From Phoronis australis (Eukaryota > Animalia > Phoronida), in contig NMRA01000220.1 in assembly GCA_002633005.1 (NCBI GenBank), forward strand, positions 272,349 to 336,348: a stretch of DNA of 64,000 bases, read 5' to 3'. A program made the translations under genes and the position numbers. The stretch's first letter is position 1, and each line of letters starts with the position of its first letter. Of the stretch, positions 12,882 to 24,300 are shown piece after piece. The notes under the pieces are model-generated. The model saw only the letters and a list, made by a program, of their open reading frames with translations, was not told the origin of the DNA and did not search any database.

Positions 12882-14050
12882 CGCTTGTTATCCTGGCCAG
12901 TGGCTCGGAGCCCGATCGAGCCCATCGCGGCGGCCGGATTGACTCGTTATCCCGGCCTGAGAGTGGCTCGGAAACTGATCAGACATCAAGAACATAAACC
13001 AAGCAAAGTTCAGTGGAAACTAAACTTCCAGTCAAGAAAATACTATACAAGTGAGCCAAAGTAATGTGCACCTGATTATATCTACTTACTCGTCGGGGGC
13101 CGCGAATTCAGGTTGGCCACAGCACCGTCAGGGCAGAAGTTGTACATTGACAATCATTATTTGAGTAACGTAAATGTAAATAAAAATTCTCTTAACACCT
13201 GGCCGTGGGATGGAAATCTAGTTGTTTCACAACAATTTCTGCCAGTAAACACTAAATTAGCATTATATCACACGGCCTCGGTGTCCCGTCAACTATTAGT
13301 TTTATTGCACCTAAAGCCGGTAACGCAGTGATTTATTCATTGCTGGCTTCTCAAATCATTTGCACTCACGAACACTCCAAAGGCATTGCAAATTGCATAC
13401 TTTGTTTCAGTTTCATATAAGTATTGGTTAGGGTGAGAATAATTCGTTTTGAAACAGAACGCTGGGTAATAAACGCCAACATGGCAACTCGGAATCCCGA
13501 CTTAGGACGAGCTAGAGCTCATCAGTCCCGACTTCGCAGGTGGGTCGTTAAGTTTTACAGGCTATCAATTCGAACAGGAATACAGTGATGAAGAAATACT
13601 AGAGAGGCGCCGTGAACAAGCTCAGACAACGAAACGTATGGAGTTATTTGGTAAGCCCATTCGTCAGGCACTCACCGCTGTCGATGTCTGCAAGCCAAAG
13701 ACACGGAGATGTTTCACGGCCTCATACTTGCTATTTACAGTGTACATTTCATTCTTCACTACCATGAGCCACTTCCTAAGCATTTCGGACTCTCGAGGAA
13801 GTAAAAAAAACGATATACCCGCTTTCCTCGTAGCTGCTTAGTTCGGACAAGCGGGCACGATGCACTGCAACATAGCGACATTCACTCTGCATATGAACCA
13901 CTGACGTCGCTAGCGTTGTTTCTCACCTTCCTCACAGGTTAACGCGACACCTCTTGGCAAGGTAAAGTCGTCCGTATGCGAGGCGATATGGATATAGACC
14001 GATTAAGACGGCAAAAAAGACTAATTAAATGGGGTGGCATTCGCCTTTAA

Positions 14051-14094
14051 GGTGACTTTGGCAAAGAATTCCAACTCCACATTTTTAGTCACCG
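14051..14094. mobile_element. 44-bp mini element between two TTAA sites linking Kolobok copies 1 and 2
   Basis: TTAA-ggtgact...agtcacc(g)-TTAA, a 7-bp terminal inverted repeat. Confidence 0.45.
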
Positions 14095-14098
14095 TTAA

Positions 14099-15567
14099 AG
14101 GAGAATGCCACCCAAAAAACAACCCATTTTGTATAAATTTTGGTCGAGTAGTTCTACTCGATAATGGCATGTTTGGTTGCGTTACCTGACACCTGACGGC
14201 AGACGGAGGTGTTGAAATTATCCAATGACGTAATTGGTTTCACACGCAGTCTTTTCAGCAGTTCACAACACGGGTTACTTTTGTCAGGTTATCGCTTGAA
14301 TTTATCGTATAAAACCAATAAATAATCAAATTTCGATGTAAAACCCTTAAAATACACCGAGTTCTTATAAAAACGTGTATTTGGATACACCGTAGCCTAC
14401 AAAGTCCGGCAGGCCAATTTACCAAGGAGTTTGGGGTCTGTTCGGAGATAAATTCGAAGTATTCTTCCGTGAAATACAGACAGGAAAACCTAGAACTGTG
14501 TTGTTTAGACTTGTGATTTTTTGAGTTCTAAACACACAACACGATTATTATCCCGACCAGTGGCTCGGAACCCGATCAGGCCCGTCGCGGCCGGACGGAC
14601 TCGTTATCCCCGGCCGGCCAGTGGCTCGGAGCCCGATCAGGCCCGTCGCGGCCGCCGGAAGTGACACGAACATAAATCAGCTTGAATTGGAAACTAAACC
14701 TCCAGTCACGAAAAGACTATATTAGTGAGCCAAAGAGATAATGGGAATTAGCCACGAAACTGAAAATCTACTTACTTGTCGGGGGCCGTGAAGTCGGGTT
14801 TCCCCTTCCACAGGGCCGTCAGGGCAAAGGTTGTACAGTAACAATGATTTGAATAATGTATTTGTATTTCTGAATAAAGATTCCCCTAACATGTGACCAT
14901 AGATATAAAATCGAGTAATTGTTTCACAACATCTTTCTGTCAGCAGCAAACACTGTAGCATCATGCGCTCACGATACGGCCTCGGTGCCCGGTCAATACC
15001 CTTATTGCCGGCACCAAAAGCCGGTAAAGCAGTGGTTTATTCGTTACTGGCTTCTCAACATTTGCACTCACGAATACTGCAAAGACATTACAAATTGTAT
15101 CTAATGAGACAGACTTTATGTCAGTTTTATACAAGCATTGATTAGGATGAGAATAATTCATTTTTAAACAGAACGCAGAATAATAAACGTCTACATGGCA
15201 ACTCGCCTGGCTCCAATTCCGACATAGTTAGTCAAGAGCTCATCCGACGAAGACTTCACGGATCGGATCGTTAGGTTTCACAGGCTATCAATTCGAACCG
15301 GAATACACTGATCAAGAAATACTAGAGAGGCGCAGCGAACATGCACAGGCAACGGAACGTATGGATAGTTCTTTGGTAAGCCGGAATTCGTCAGAGAAAT
15401 CACTGTCGACGAAATGCCGGCCACAGACAGGGAGATGTTTCACGGCCTCATACTTGCTATTACCAGCGTACCTTTCGTTCTTCACTACCGCGAGCCACGT
15501 CTTAAGCATTTTGGGCTCTCGATGAAGTCGAAAAAACGATATACCCGCTTTCTTCGCAGCTTCATAG
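14099..15567 (+). mobile_element. Kolobok-type element copy 2, right end truncated
   Basis: Starts TTAA-AGGAGAATGCCACCC and is colinear with copy 1. THAP remnant on - (ORF 15312-15581: GISFFRLHREPKMLKTW...VCGRHF); KolX-like GYQFEPEYTDQEI on +. Homology stops at cttcatag 15567. Confidence 0.85.
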
Positions 15568-15577
15568 ATATTATTTC

Positions 15578-16946
15578 TCATCCCATATATATGAAAATAT
15601 GGCCATTATATATGTGACGTATTCAGCTGTGATATGCGGGAAAGTAGAGCCAATCCGTATATCGCGGCAGAAGCCGTATTCAAAGGCAGAAGTCGTATTT
15701 CACGGTTAGTGTGCAGTTTGGTGGTAGAGTACAACGCCAAATTTTATTGGGCTCAATCATTTGGGTTACTCAAATCATTAATTCAAGTCATCGTTCCTGA
15801 AAAAGCAGTTTTACTGCTCTAAAAGCAGAAAAGATTTAATGTTGAAAATTTCGACGCACCGTGACCAGGCGGCTATTATTGAGCCTCGCTAAAGTTTCAA
15901 TCTGGGGCATCATACATTTAAATAGGCCAAACTGAGTAAAATCTGCCAAAATTTAATTTAAGTCCAACAAAAACGTTTCGTTATGGATGCATACAGTATA
16001 TCTACCCTGGGATCTAAGGTCTTTACAGGAAATGAAGACCTAATAACGAGTATGTGTTTTTTACTGAAGCAATCGTCTGCTCGCAGCGTTCAACTCTCCG
16101 TCGCCAGCCGTGGCGTAAAACTTCTGCTTTGCGATAATCCTTACCTCAAGTTCCGGAAATCAGCACAATTTCCACCGTTATTTTCCAATGCTGTGATCAA
16201 CACAGGGAAATGTTTTTATTGCTATGTACAGTCCAGAAGCTAAGACACGAAGATAGACAAAGAAAACTAAGAAATTCATCGAAGCTGACAACAAGCTGTT
16301 GCAGACAACTCAGTTCAGGGAATGTTTCAATTTTTATATTCCCAGATGGATTATTTCTAAGTTTCCGGCAAACTTTTGATATAATTGAGTGGTTCAGTGC
16401 CCTAACTTCTATATTTCATAATCTAAAAATTCCGATGAATTTATTACGCAATAAAACTTTACTGGTTATTCAAAACGTCCACAGATTGTCTTGTAGCTTA
16501 ACCTGACGTGTGTTCAGTAGACGCTAGGACCTACGCTAGGACCTAGCTAAAACCTAGTCATAGTCACGTGTTCTTATTTAAAATGCACGGCAATATCTCG
16601 CGTAATCTCGCGAAGTCTTGCTTTTTAGCGAGGTCCTAGCGTTACTGAACGGGAGGCAGCTTTTGTACCGTACTTGGCATACATATGACGTCATATAACA
16701 ACAAGCCGGATCACACGGCAACAAGGTATTGCCACGATGATGCAAATAAGTCCAAATATATGGGATGAATAGGTTATCCCACATACATAGGAATAATACT
16801 GCGATATCCTATCTCGAATTCATTTCATCTGGGAATGTTCCAACTCGACCTTCGGTTTCGTTGGGACATCTCCAGATGAAATGAATTCGAGATAGGATAC
16901 GGCATTAGTATTCCTATGTATGTGGGATAACCACTGTTATCCTATA
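15578..16946 (-). mobile_element. Second hairpin-plus-tail element (different sequence family, same architecture as 12024-12881)
   Basis: 161-bp palindrome 16772-16932 (loop cgaccttcggtttcg); the adjacent tatatgggatga 16757-16768 is the exact inverse of tcatcccatata 15578-15589. Confidence 0.6.
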
Positions 16947-18382
16947 CGCGTGATAGTATGGCCATGAAATAAGGGTCGCATTGTGAGGTTTGATATGGAA
17001 GAACTACTTTTCCGTATTTAACGCGCGTTGAATATTGATTTCCGTATTCAAAGCGCTTTGAATACGGATGCCTTCTTTCTCGCCAAAATTCCCTTCTAAG
17101 CACACCATGCACTACAATTGGTAGAAACATGATTACATATATAGCATCATCTCGAGTTCAGCTCCGTGCGCAAAATTTTCACATGCCAATACTTTGATAT
17201 GAGTTCTGAAAACTAAACAAAAAAGTGAAATAAAAATATCATTGACAAGGTTTTTTAATATATTGTGAAATTTTGCATCTGAGTAGAACACTTAAATCAC
17301 CAAATGTCTCGAACTTGCCACAATATATTTGGGATTAGGAAAGCAATATACATTACAAATGCATGCCTCCTTTTGATCACCTATTGCACTACACCAGTTG
17401 AAGTTCTTAACGGTCAAATATGAGCCAATTTTTAAATTCGTTCTCAAAACAATCAAAATATGTCGAGCCCAAAAGCAAAACTGCAACTTCTGTAAACACT
17501 GTATTTTTGTGAGTTTTATGTTAAATTTGGAATACTTTCTACCTAAAAATAATAAGAACCGCGCAAGGAGCATTTTAAGAATCGTCTGAACGTGCATCAG
17601 CCTCAACGGCCTGTACAAATATTACTCAACGAAGTCAAGAAAAATCGTCAGAAATGTAGCAAACTTTTATTAACTTAGAAACAGGTTTAGCTCAAACTCT
17701 GAAGAAAATACCGAAAATAGCAGATACGCACCCCAAGCCTGTAGCTGGTGTAAAATACAACTTGACTGCCGTGGCATGCCGGCTGCAAAGTTTCATTCAT
17801 AAAAATTTTGCGTGCACGTACATGTATACGTGTCACGCGATCTGCGATCTTCATTGATAAAAGATGACAAACGACATCAAAACAAGCAGAGCAATCTGTG
17901 TAAACCCGCTTCTTTAAAGACTTTAAAGAATCCTCAGTGGGGCGCATATGATAAATAGGTTATGCAACGTACGTGTTTGTACTGTTGTACTATTATATCT
18001 TGATTAGTGTTCTGCAAAAGTATTTGAACGAGGACGAATTGAACTCGGGCTTCACCCTCGTTCAAATACTTTTGCATATTACGAATCTCGATATAATAAC
18101 AATTGGCACAAATACGCACGTTGTATAATTTATATGTACAAACACGTACGTTGTATAACCTATATATCTACGCCACTCTAGGCACATTTGTGTATGTATT
18201 TCTTCTCCAGGCTTCACGTCTCTTCTACGTACAACAATGTTTAAAACACGTGATTCCGTGCACGTCTTCAAAAGTGACATCACTCAAATAAATAACATTA
18301 CGACCACATTATGTGTCTCATAACACGGCACGTGAAGTTAGTACATTACCAGAAAGTCGAGAGTACGTAAATAAAAATCGGA

Positions 18383-21300
18383 ATGGAATTGTCAGCGTTA
18401 GGTACATACGTCTTATTGCTTCAAAGTGTTGCTGTGTTCTTTCTTGCAGTTTTGACCGTGTGTTGCATAAAATGTCAGCGAAGGCTTTCAAAGGCAGTCG
18501 AGATAAAACAGTCAACAGAAGATGGGGAAGTTATTACTGTTCAAGAACTTAATTTCGAGCCACAAAAACCATCAATGTCTGAAAGAGACATGGGGAATCC
18601 AGATCATCTAGTGCCACCTCAACCCGCAGAAATTATTGATTCTCAAAAGGAAAGCACGGAAGATTTTGTCGAATTGAATTCCGCAGTTGGCGACACAGAC
18701 GAAGATATTCATGTTTTCGCAGAAATACGTAAAAACAGTCTGTTATCAGGTCTTGAAAAAGTGAAATCCCAGACTGGGAAATTCAGACAATTTTTATTAC
18801 CAAAAGCTGCGCGTAAACACAAAAAGAAGAAAAAACGACATAAAAAAACTTCCAAAGACGGTGAAACTGACGCTAATGAGATTGGGGAGGGCCAAAACAT
18901 AAAATGGAAAGACAGAAAAAAATACAAGGATAAGCACTGTGCTCCGGCAGTAGAAGTTGTCAAACTCCCCTGCAGTGAAGGAGATATGATTCTAAAGATC
19001 GAAGACAATGACAACAGAAACGTCTTATATGGATACACAGGTGACTCCGACAAGATCCTCGTAAAAGACGCAACTACGTCCAATGGTAGTCTCATTGACT
19101 CTTCTATGAGTTTGGATGAATGTTTTAATCCAGCACTTGGAGACAATTCCCATGCTACATCCACGTTCTCCATTATCTCCGATCGTGAAAAGATCGTTGG
19201 AAAATTATTGGAAAAAGATGTTAGTGCTTCAGCTGAAAGCCTGACTGTACCAATATGTGACACGGTATGTGAGGATTTTAATCCACCTTACACGGAGGAG
19301 GAGATTCATAACTGGGAAATGAACGCATGTGATGCAGAACTATTGTCTGTTTTCAACTCTAGCCATTTAGAAATTTATCCCTCAAAAATGGAAAGTGGTA
19401 GTGACCAAAAATTTCAAAATACAATGGATAAAGGCAAAACAGTTGAAGTAACTGAGACGATTGATGCTGTACATCAGCGATATGACGAAAAGACACCGAT
19501 GTTCAGAGAATTTCCTGGAGCTGATGGGGACGAGGAGGAACATCGTCTAGAAGAACAGAGTTCATTCAAAGTCGTCAAATCTCCAGGGAATCCGCAAAAT
19601 CACGAATCCCAATACCCAAAGAACGCCAAAACAAGTCCATTGGTTGAAATCATGGATTTTAAATCTTTGCTGGAAATTGCACGGTCCAAAGAGTCAGCAG
19701 AAACAGAGGAGCGCCATGGAATATCTGCTGGAAATTTTTCAACTCAATATCCATTCACACCTAAATTTACAACTGCCAGTGTAGATGACCAAAGCAATGC
19801 AGACTACGCAAGAAAAGACGACTTGACCAGTGTTTTAAAACAAAAACGTGGAAAGTCGTCGCCTCTTTTGAAAACCTACGACAAAGTATTTCATAGTTCC
19901 AGACAAGACACTCCCAAACCCATATACCCTTATAGGAGAAACCAAGGTGGTTTTGGCGAGCTTCAGAAAAACGAAAACGGAACCAATCATCTTCAACCCA
20001 TAGAAATAGGCAGAGATAAAGGACGTTTGTCCCCTGTGTACTTAGACATTACCGCTCGTGCCCATTCTGTGAGCCCAATCCATGAGAATAGTTTGAAAGA
20101 TCACGTCGGCAACAACAAAAAGGAACACGTCGGCAAAAGCAAAGACACCGCGTATGCAGAATCGCCCGACCACGAGGAGTTGCCAAAGTTACACAATACT
20201 AGCTCACGTGACACGGCGACCAATGGCAAACTGCAGGAGAGAAAAGTTGGTGAAAGATGGAGTTCCCAAGGAGACAACTATTGTTACTCACAATCTGTTC
20301 GAGATAAAATCATGTCATTCGCTGAAAGAGCGTTGTTGGCCAATGCCAATCATGCATTGAGTGGAAACAGCCAGATGAAGATTAAGGAGTTGGGACCCTG
20401 CGACTTGCAATCGCCAGCTCGGACGAATAATGCGGTCACGGAGTCAATCGAGAAAGTCGTTTCATCTTGTAACGACTGCAGTGACCAAGAAACTGTAAGT
20501 TCCAGCGATCTATCCGAGGGAAATAATAGTATCGATAAGTATGCTTCGAAATTGTCCAATAGTGGTTCCCAGTACAGTAATTCCAAACCTGAGGTATCCG
20601 CTACACTTGACAGTGTTTTATGTAAAATTGGCCATGAGTCTTATATAAAGGCGATGGCGTCACCAGAAGAAATTTCGTCGATTAACTCTTTTATTGACGA
20701 TGACCGCTTTGACAGCATCCGTGCGTGTCCACAGGACGACCAAACTGACATTGCGGTAGATGGTGACGGTGACAAATATGACGAAGATATTATCCCCCTG
20801 GAAGATATGAATGACGATTACAACTTGCCAACAATCAGGGAAGATGAGAGTGCCTGCTTTGTAGAGCGTTTTGAATACGATGAAACCTGGGGTGCCGAGG
20901 ATTCTGAAAACGATGATGTGTACGGGGATGAAACGTATTTCGAAAAAGGAATCAATGTTAACATCAACAACCCTCTGTATTGCGACAGACTAGCAATACA
21001 GTGTGAAAGCTCACATTCTGATGCTTACGCAAGTTGTATGAAAATGACCGACTTTTTTGTGAATAAAGTATCACCGAAACTCACAAAGAGTGGGATTCAG
21101 GGAGCAGAAATGTCTGATGCGACTTCAGTCAAGGTTAGTGATCGCAATGATAATTTTGAAATAACACTAGACTATAACCAGCACTGCTCTAACGCTATAA
21201 GCTCCGTACATCTAACAGAGTTTGGGGACCAAGAAATCAGACCCTTCACGAGAAAAGTAACAATGAGCACTTCAAGATCTACAGAATCCGAAAATAAAGA

Positions 21301-24300
21301 AAATAATGGATACGATACCCCGACATCCGATGACCTTGTAGTCAAAGAACTTTCGCCACACGAAATAAACGAAATAGTAGTGTTAAAGTCAAGCGCCTCA
21401 AAAAGTAGTATATCGCACAGCATAAAACTGGGATCCGCAAAAGCAATGGTGAGGAAACACGGTGATGGCAGTGACATCGACACTGATACAGTAATTTCAG
21501 TTGAAATTACGCAGTCCATGCCAGAAGACATGCTTGATGACGAGTCATCCTTTGTTAGACCCAATTCTGATACCCCACGTCTCGGTTCTGCCTCCATGTT
21601 CAAAGGCAACACAGAGTCCGCAGATAAGGGACAGTTTCATGTCCAGCAAACTGTGGAATCAGTGTTTTGTTCTTCAAACAATCTTGTTTGCGACAGGGAA
21701 CGGTATGTGGCGGATCAATCTTACTGGCCCAGCGCAGAACTGCAAGAAGGTAGCCTTACTTTGAAAAAGATTTCCGATTCATCTCCTGGGACTACCTCCA
21801 CCAAAATTACATCCGAAGTCCTTGTCTCGAATGAGCAACGTGAATGGTTGGGAAGTGTTTCTGCCAGTCTCTTTAGACAAAATTCTTTTTCAACAGGATT
21901 GCGACAGTCGCAACATGACAATCACCAACAACAGAAATCTCCTACGATATCGCTCACGACTTCGTCAAGTCACTATTCTGACGTTGGATCACCTTTTTGG
22001 AAACCGGTGCCATCCACTAAACAAGAACTAAGAAGTTACCAACGTCCTACGATCGGAGATTCTCCTACCAACGATCAGTCAAAAAACACCCCAGTCAATG
22101 CAGAGACGTCAGCAGGAAGCATGGGTGGCAAAAACGTACATTTCGCAACAAAGTGCGATGAGCGGCCAAATCGTAGCTTTAACGACAAGCCATTCCCTTC
22201 GCCCTCTCCTTTGGAAAATGATGGATCAGAGGATACAGGAGTGGATTCGCAAAAGTCTAAACTGTTTCATAATGCGGCAGTGATTAAAAATCATTCAAAC
22301 AGATGTGATATCGGAAGCTGTCTTATCACGCCAGTAAAAGCAACTGATAATGTACTCATAGAGCGACTCATCGGAACCTTATCTTCTTCACAGCAGCAAA
22401 TCCCTCCCTCAGTGGACTACAAGTGTGTGACCTATCACCTACCACGATCGGACAATTCGTATAAAGCACCATCTGCTGAATCAAGGTCACCAACGAACAT
22501 TTATACTCAATTTCCAAAGTTTGGAGAAGAGACAAAACCGCGTTTTACGGGCAATAAACATTTCATGACCGACCTGTCCTCAACGCAGGTTTTATCGCCT
22601 ACTGAAAGATTTACATCACCGTCAAAGTTAGGATCATGTCCATCTATGAACTTTTCACCGGAGAATGATATTAGCGAAAGTTCATTCATTCAGGACAGTT
22701 CTCTGGCTAAATCTTCATTGCAGTCTCGTGCATTCCAACAGAAGCCTCCTTCTCAAGTCAACTCCCAAAGCCGGTCAGTGCAAATGTACTCTGATCGAGT
22801 AGAATCGCCTGATGATGTCAACCTACGTACGCATAGTCCAGCAGGGTTAGAGTCATCAAAAAGTAAATCAAATCCGTCAAACAATAGTGCTGATGACGAC
22901 TATCGCCAAAGCGGGAGTTATATAACAAAAAGTGCAACCAGTGTACCGTCAAAAACGTCACAAGATCGCACAGCAACTGACACAGTTCAGAACATGGCCC
23001 AACAGTTTCATACTTCCACAAAGAAAAATTACGAAATAATCTCAATGAGTGAAAGAGGTGTTGCCAGAGGTCAGTCAGGGAATTATAAACAAATCCATAC
23101 AAATAAAAGCGAAGGGAGAGGTCCAGCTACCCCTCAAATAGAATTATGTCGCCACGAAAACATAAAAGCAGAAAAAAAAATGTGCTCAAAGAAATTTGAT
23201 TCTTCTCGATCACAGGAACGTTACGCAAATGAAATCGAGAACAAGCCTTTAATATTTGCTTTTCCCCCTGCGAGTATCAATCAAAATCCCTCAGAAGAGC
23301 GACAAATATCCATACAGTCAAAGTCGGCAGACGACTATTGTTACAAAAACGACAAAACTAACGACGTGAAGGTTCGAAAACAGTATTTTCTGAGCGAACG
23401 CAATCTGGGCCATGCCTATCAAACTGGTGGTAGTGCAAAAGTTTGTACCACCCGTGTTCACCAGAATGAACCTGTGAACAAGGGACGCGGACAAGAGCAA
23501 ACAGCAAAAGTGTCTTCAATAGTTTTCGATCACTGTAATCCTATTAACGAGTCTCCGCTACACCTCATGGCATCTAATGATGGAGAGCAGACGCTTGGAT
23601 ATTTTGAAAGGTATCGAAATAATCTACCATCCATAAGGAATTTTTTAAGTTCTATGATCAGGAGTAAAGCTTCTACTCTTGACCAGAGTGAAACGGATCG
23701 GGTTTCAGTCGAAAATGTTTTGGCACATGAGCAAATTGGCAGGCGGCAACCAGAAAAATCAAAGCCAATATTAACAAGAAGCGGCTGTCATCCGCCAGCG
23801 TCCAATCACGAAAAACATGGTGAGAATATCATTCAAGTACAATTCAATAAAAGTCCATGCGATATCAAAACTAACGTAAATCCGGTGCATTTACGTGATC
23901 TTTCTGATCATCAGTTCGATGAGTCTGCTGGAAGTGACATACATTGTGTAAATCCGTATGGTGGCGGATCAATTACGGAAAAAGGTTCGTGTTGCTTGAA
24001 CGAGACCAAGCTGCAGTCTTCTTCCCCTGCTTTTGAGGAGATACAACCGGTTGGTAGCGAAAACAACTTATCCCCTTCGGTTAATCCATCGGAGTGGTGC
24101 GAAGCGGAAACGCAATCAAAGTCGCTTATGCGTCAAGCCAAGGGAAGTGAAGATAGTGTTCTCTACAATTACCCTCAAAATGAACGCACTCTACGAATGC
24201 TCCAGGTCAATAGATCACCGCCACGGATGCCGATGCAAGTGAATACTTCAGAATCCAGAATAGAAACCAATAAAACTGATCAAATTCTAGAAGATAGCGT

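Larger units (their letters stand above)
11539..14046 (+). mobile_element. Non-autonomous Kolobok-type DNA transposon, copy 1
   Basis: TTAA-AGGAGCATGCCACCC ... GGGTGGCATTCGCCT-TTAA (TTAA TSD, AGG/CCT ends). Convergent remnants: KolX-like start at 13481 (+, GYQFEQEYSDEEI) and THAP start at 13873 (-, MLQCIVPACPN*...FLLPRESEMLRKWL). Confidence 0.85.
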
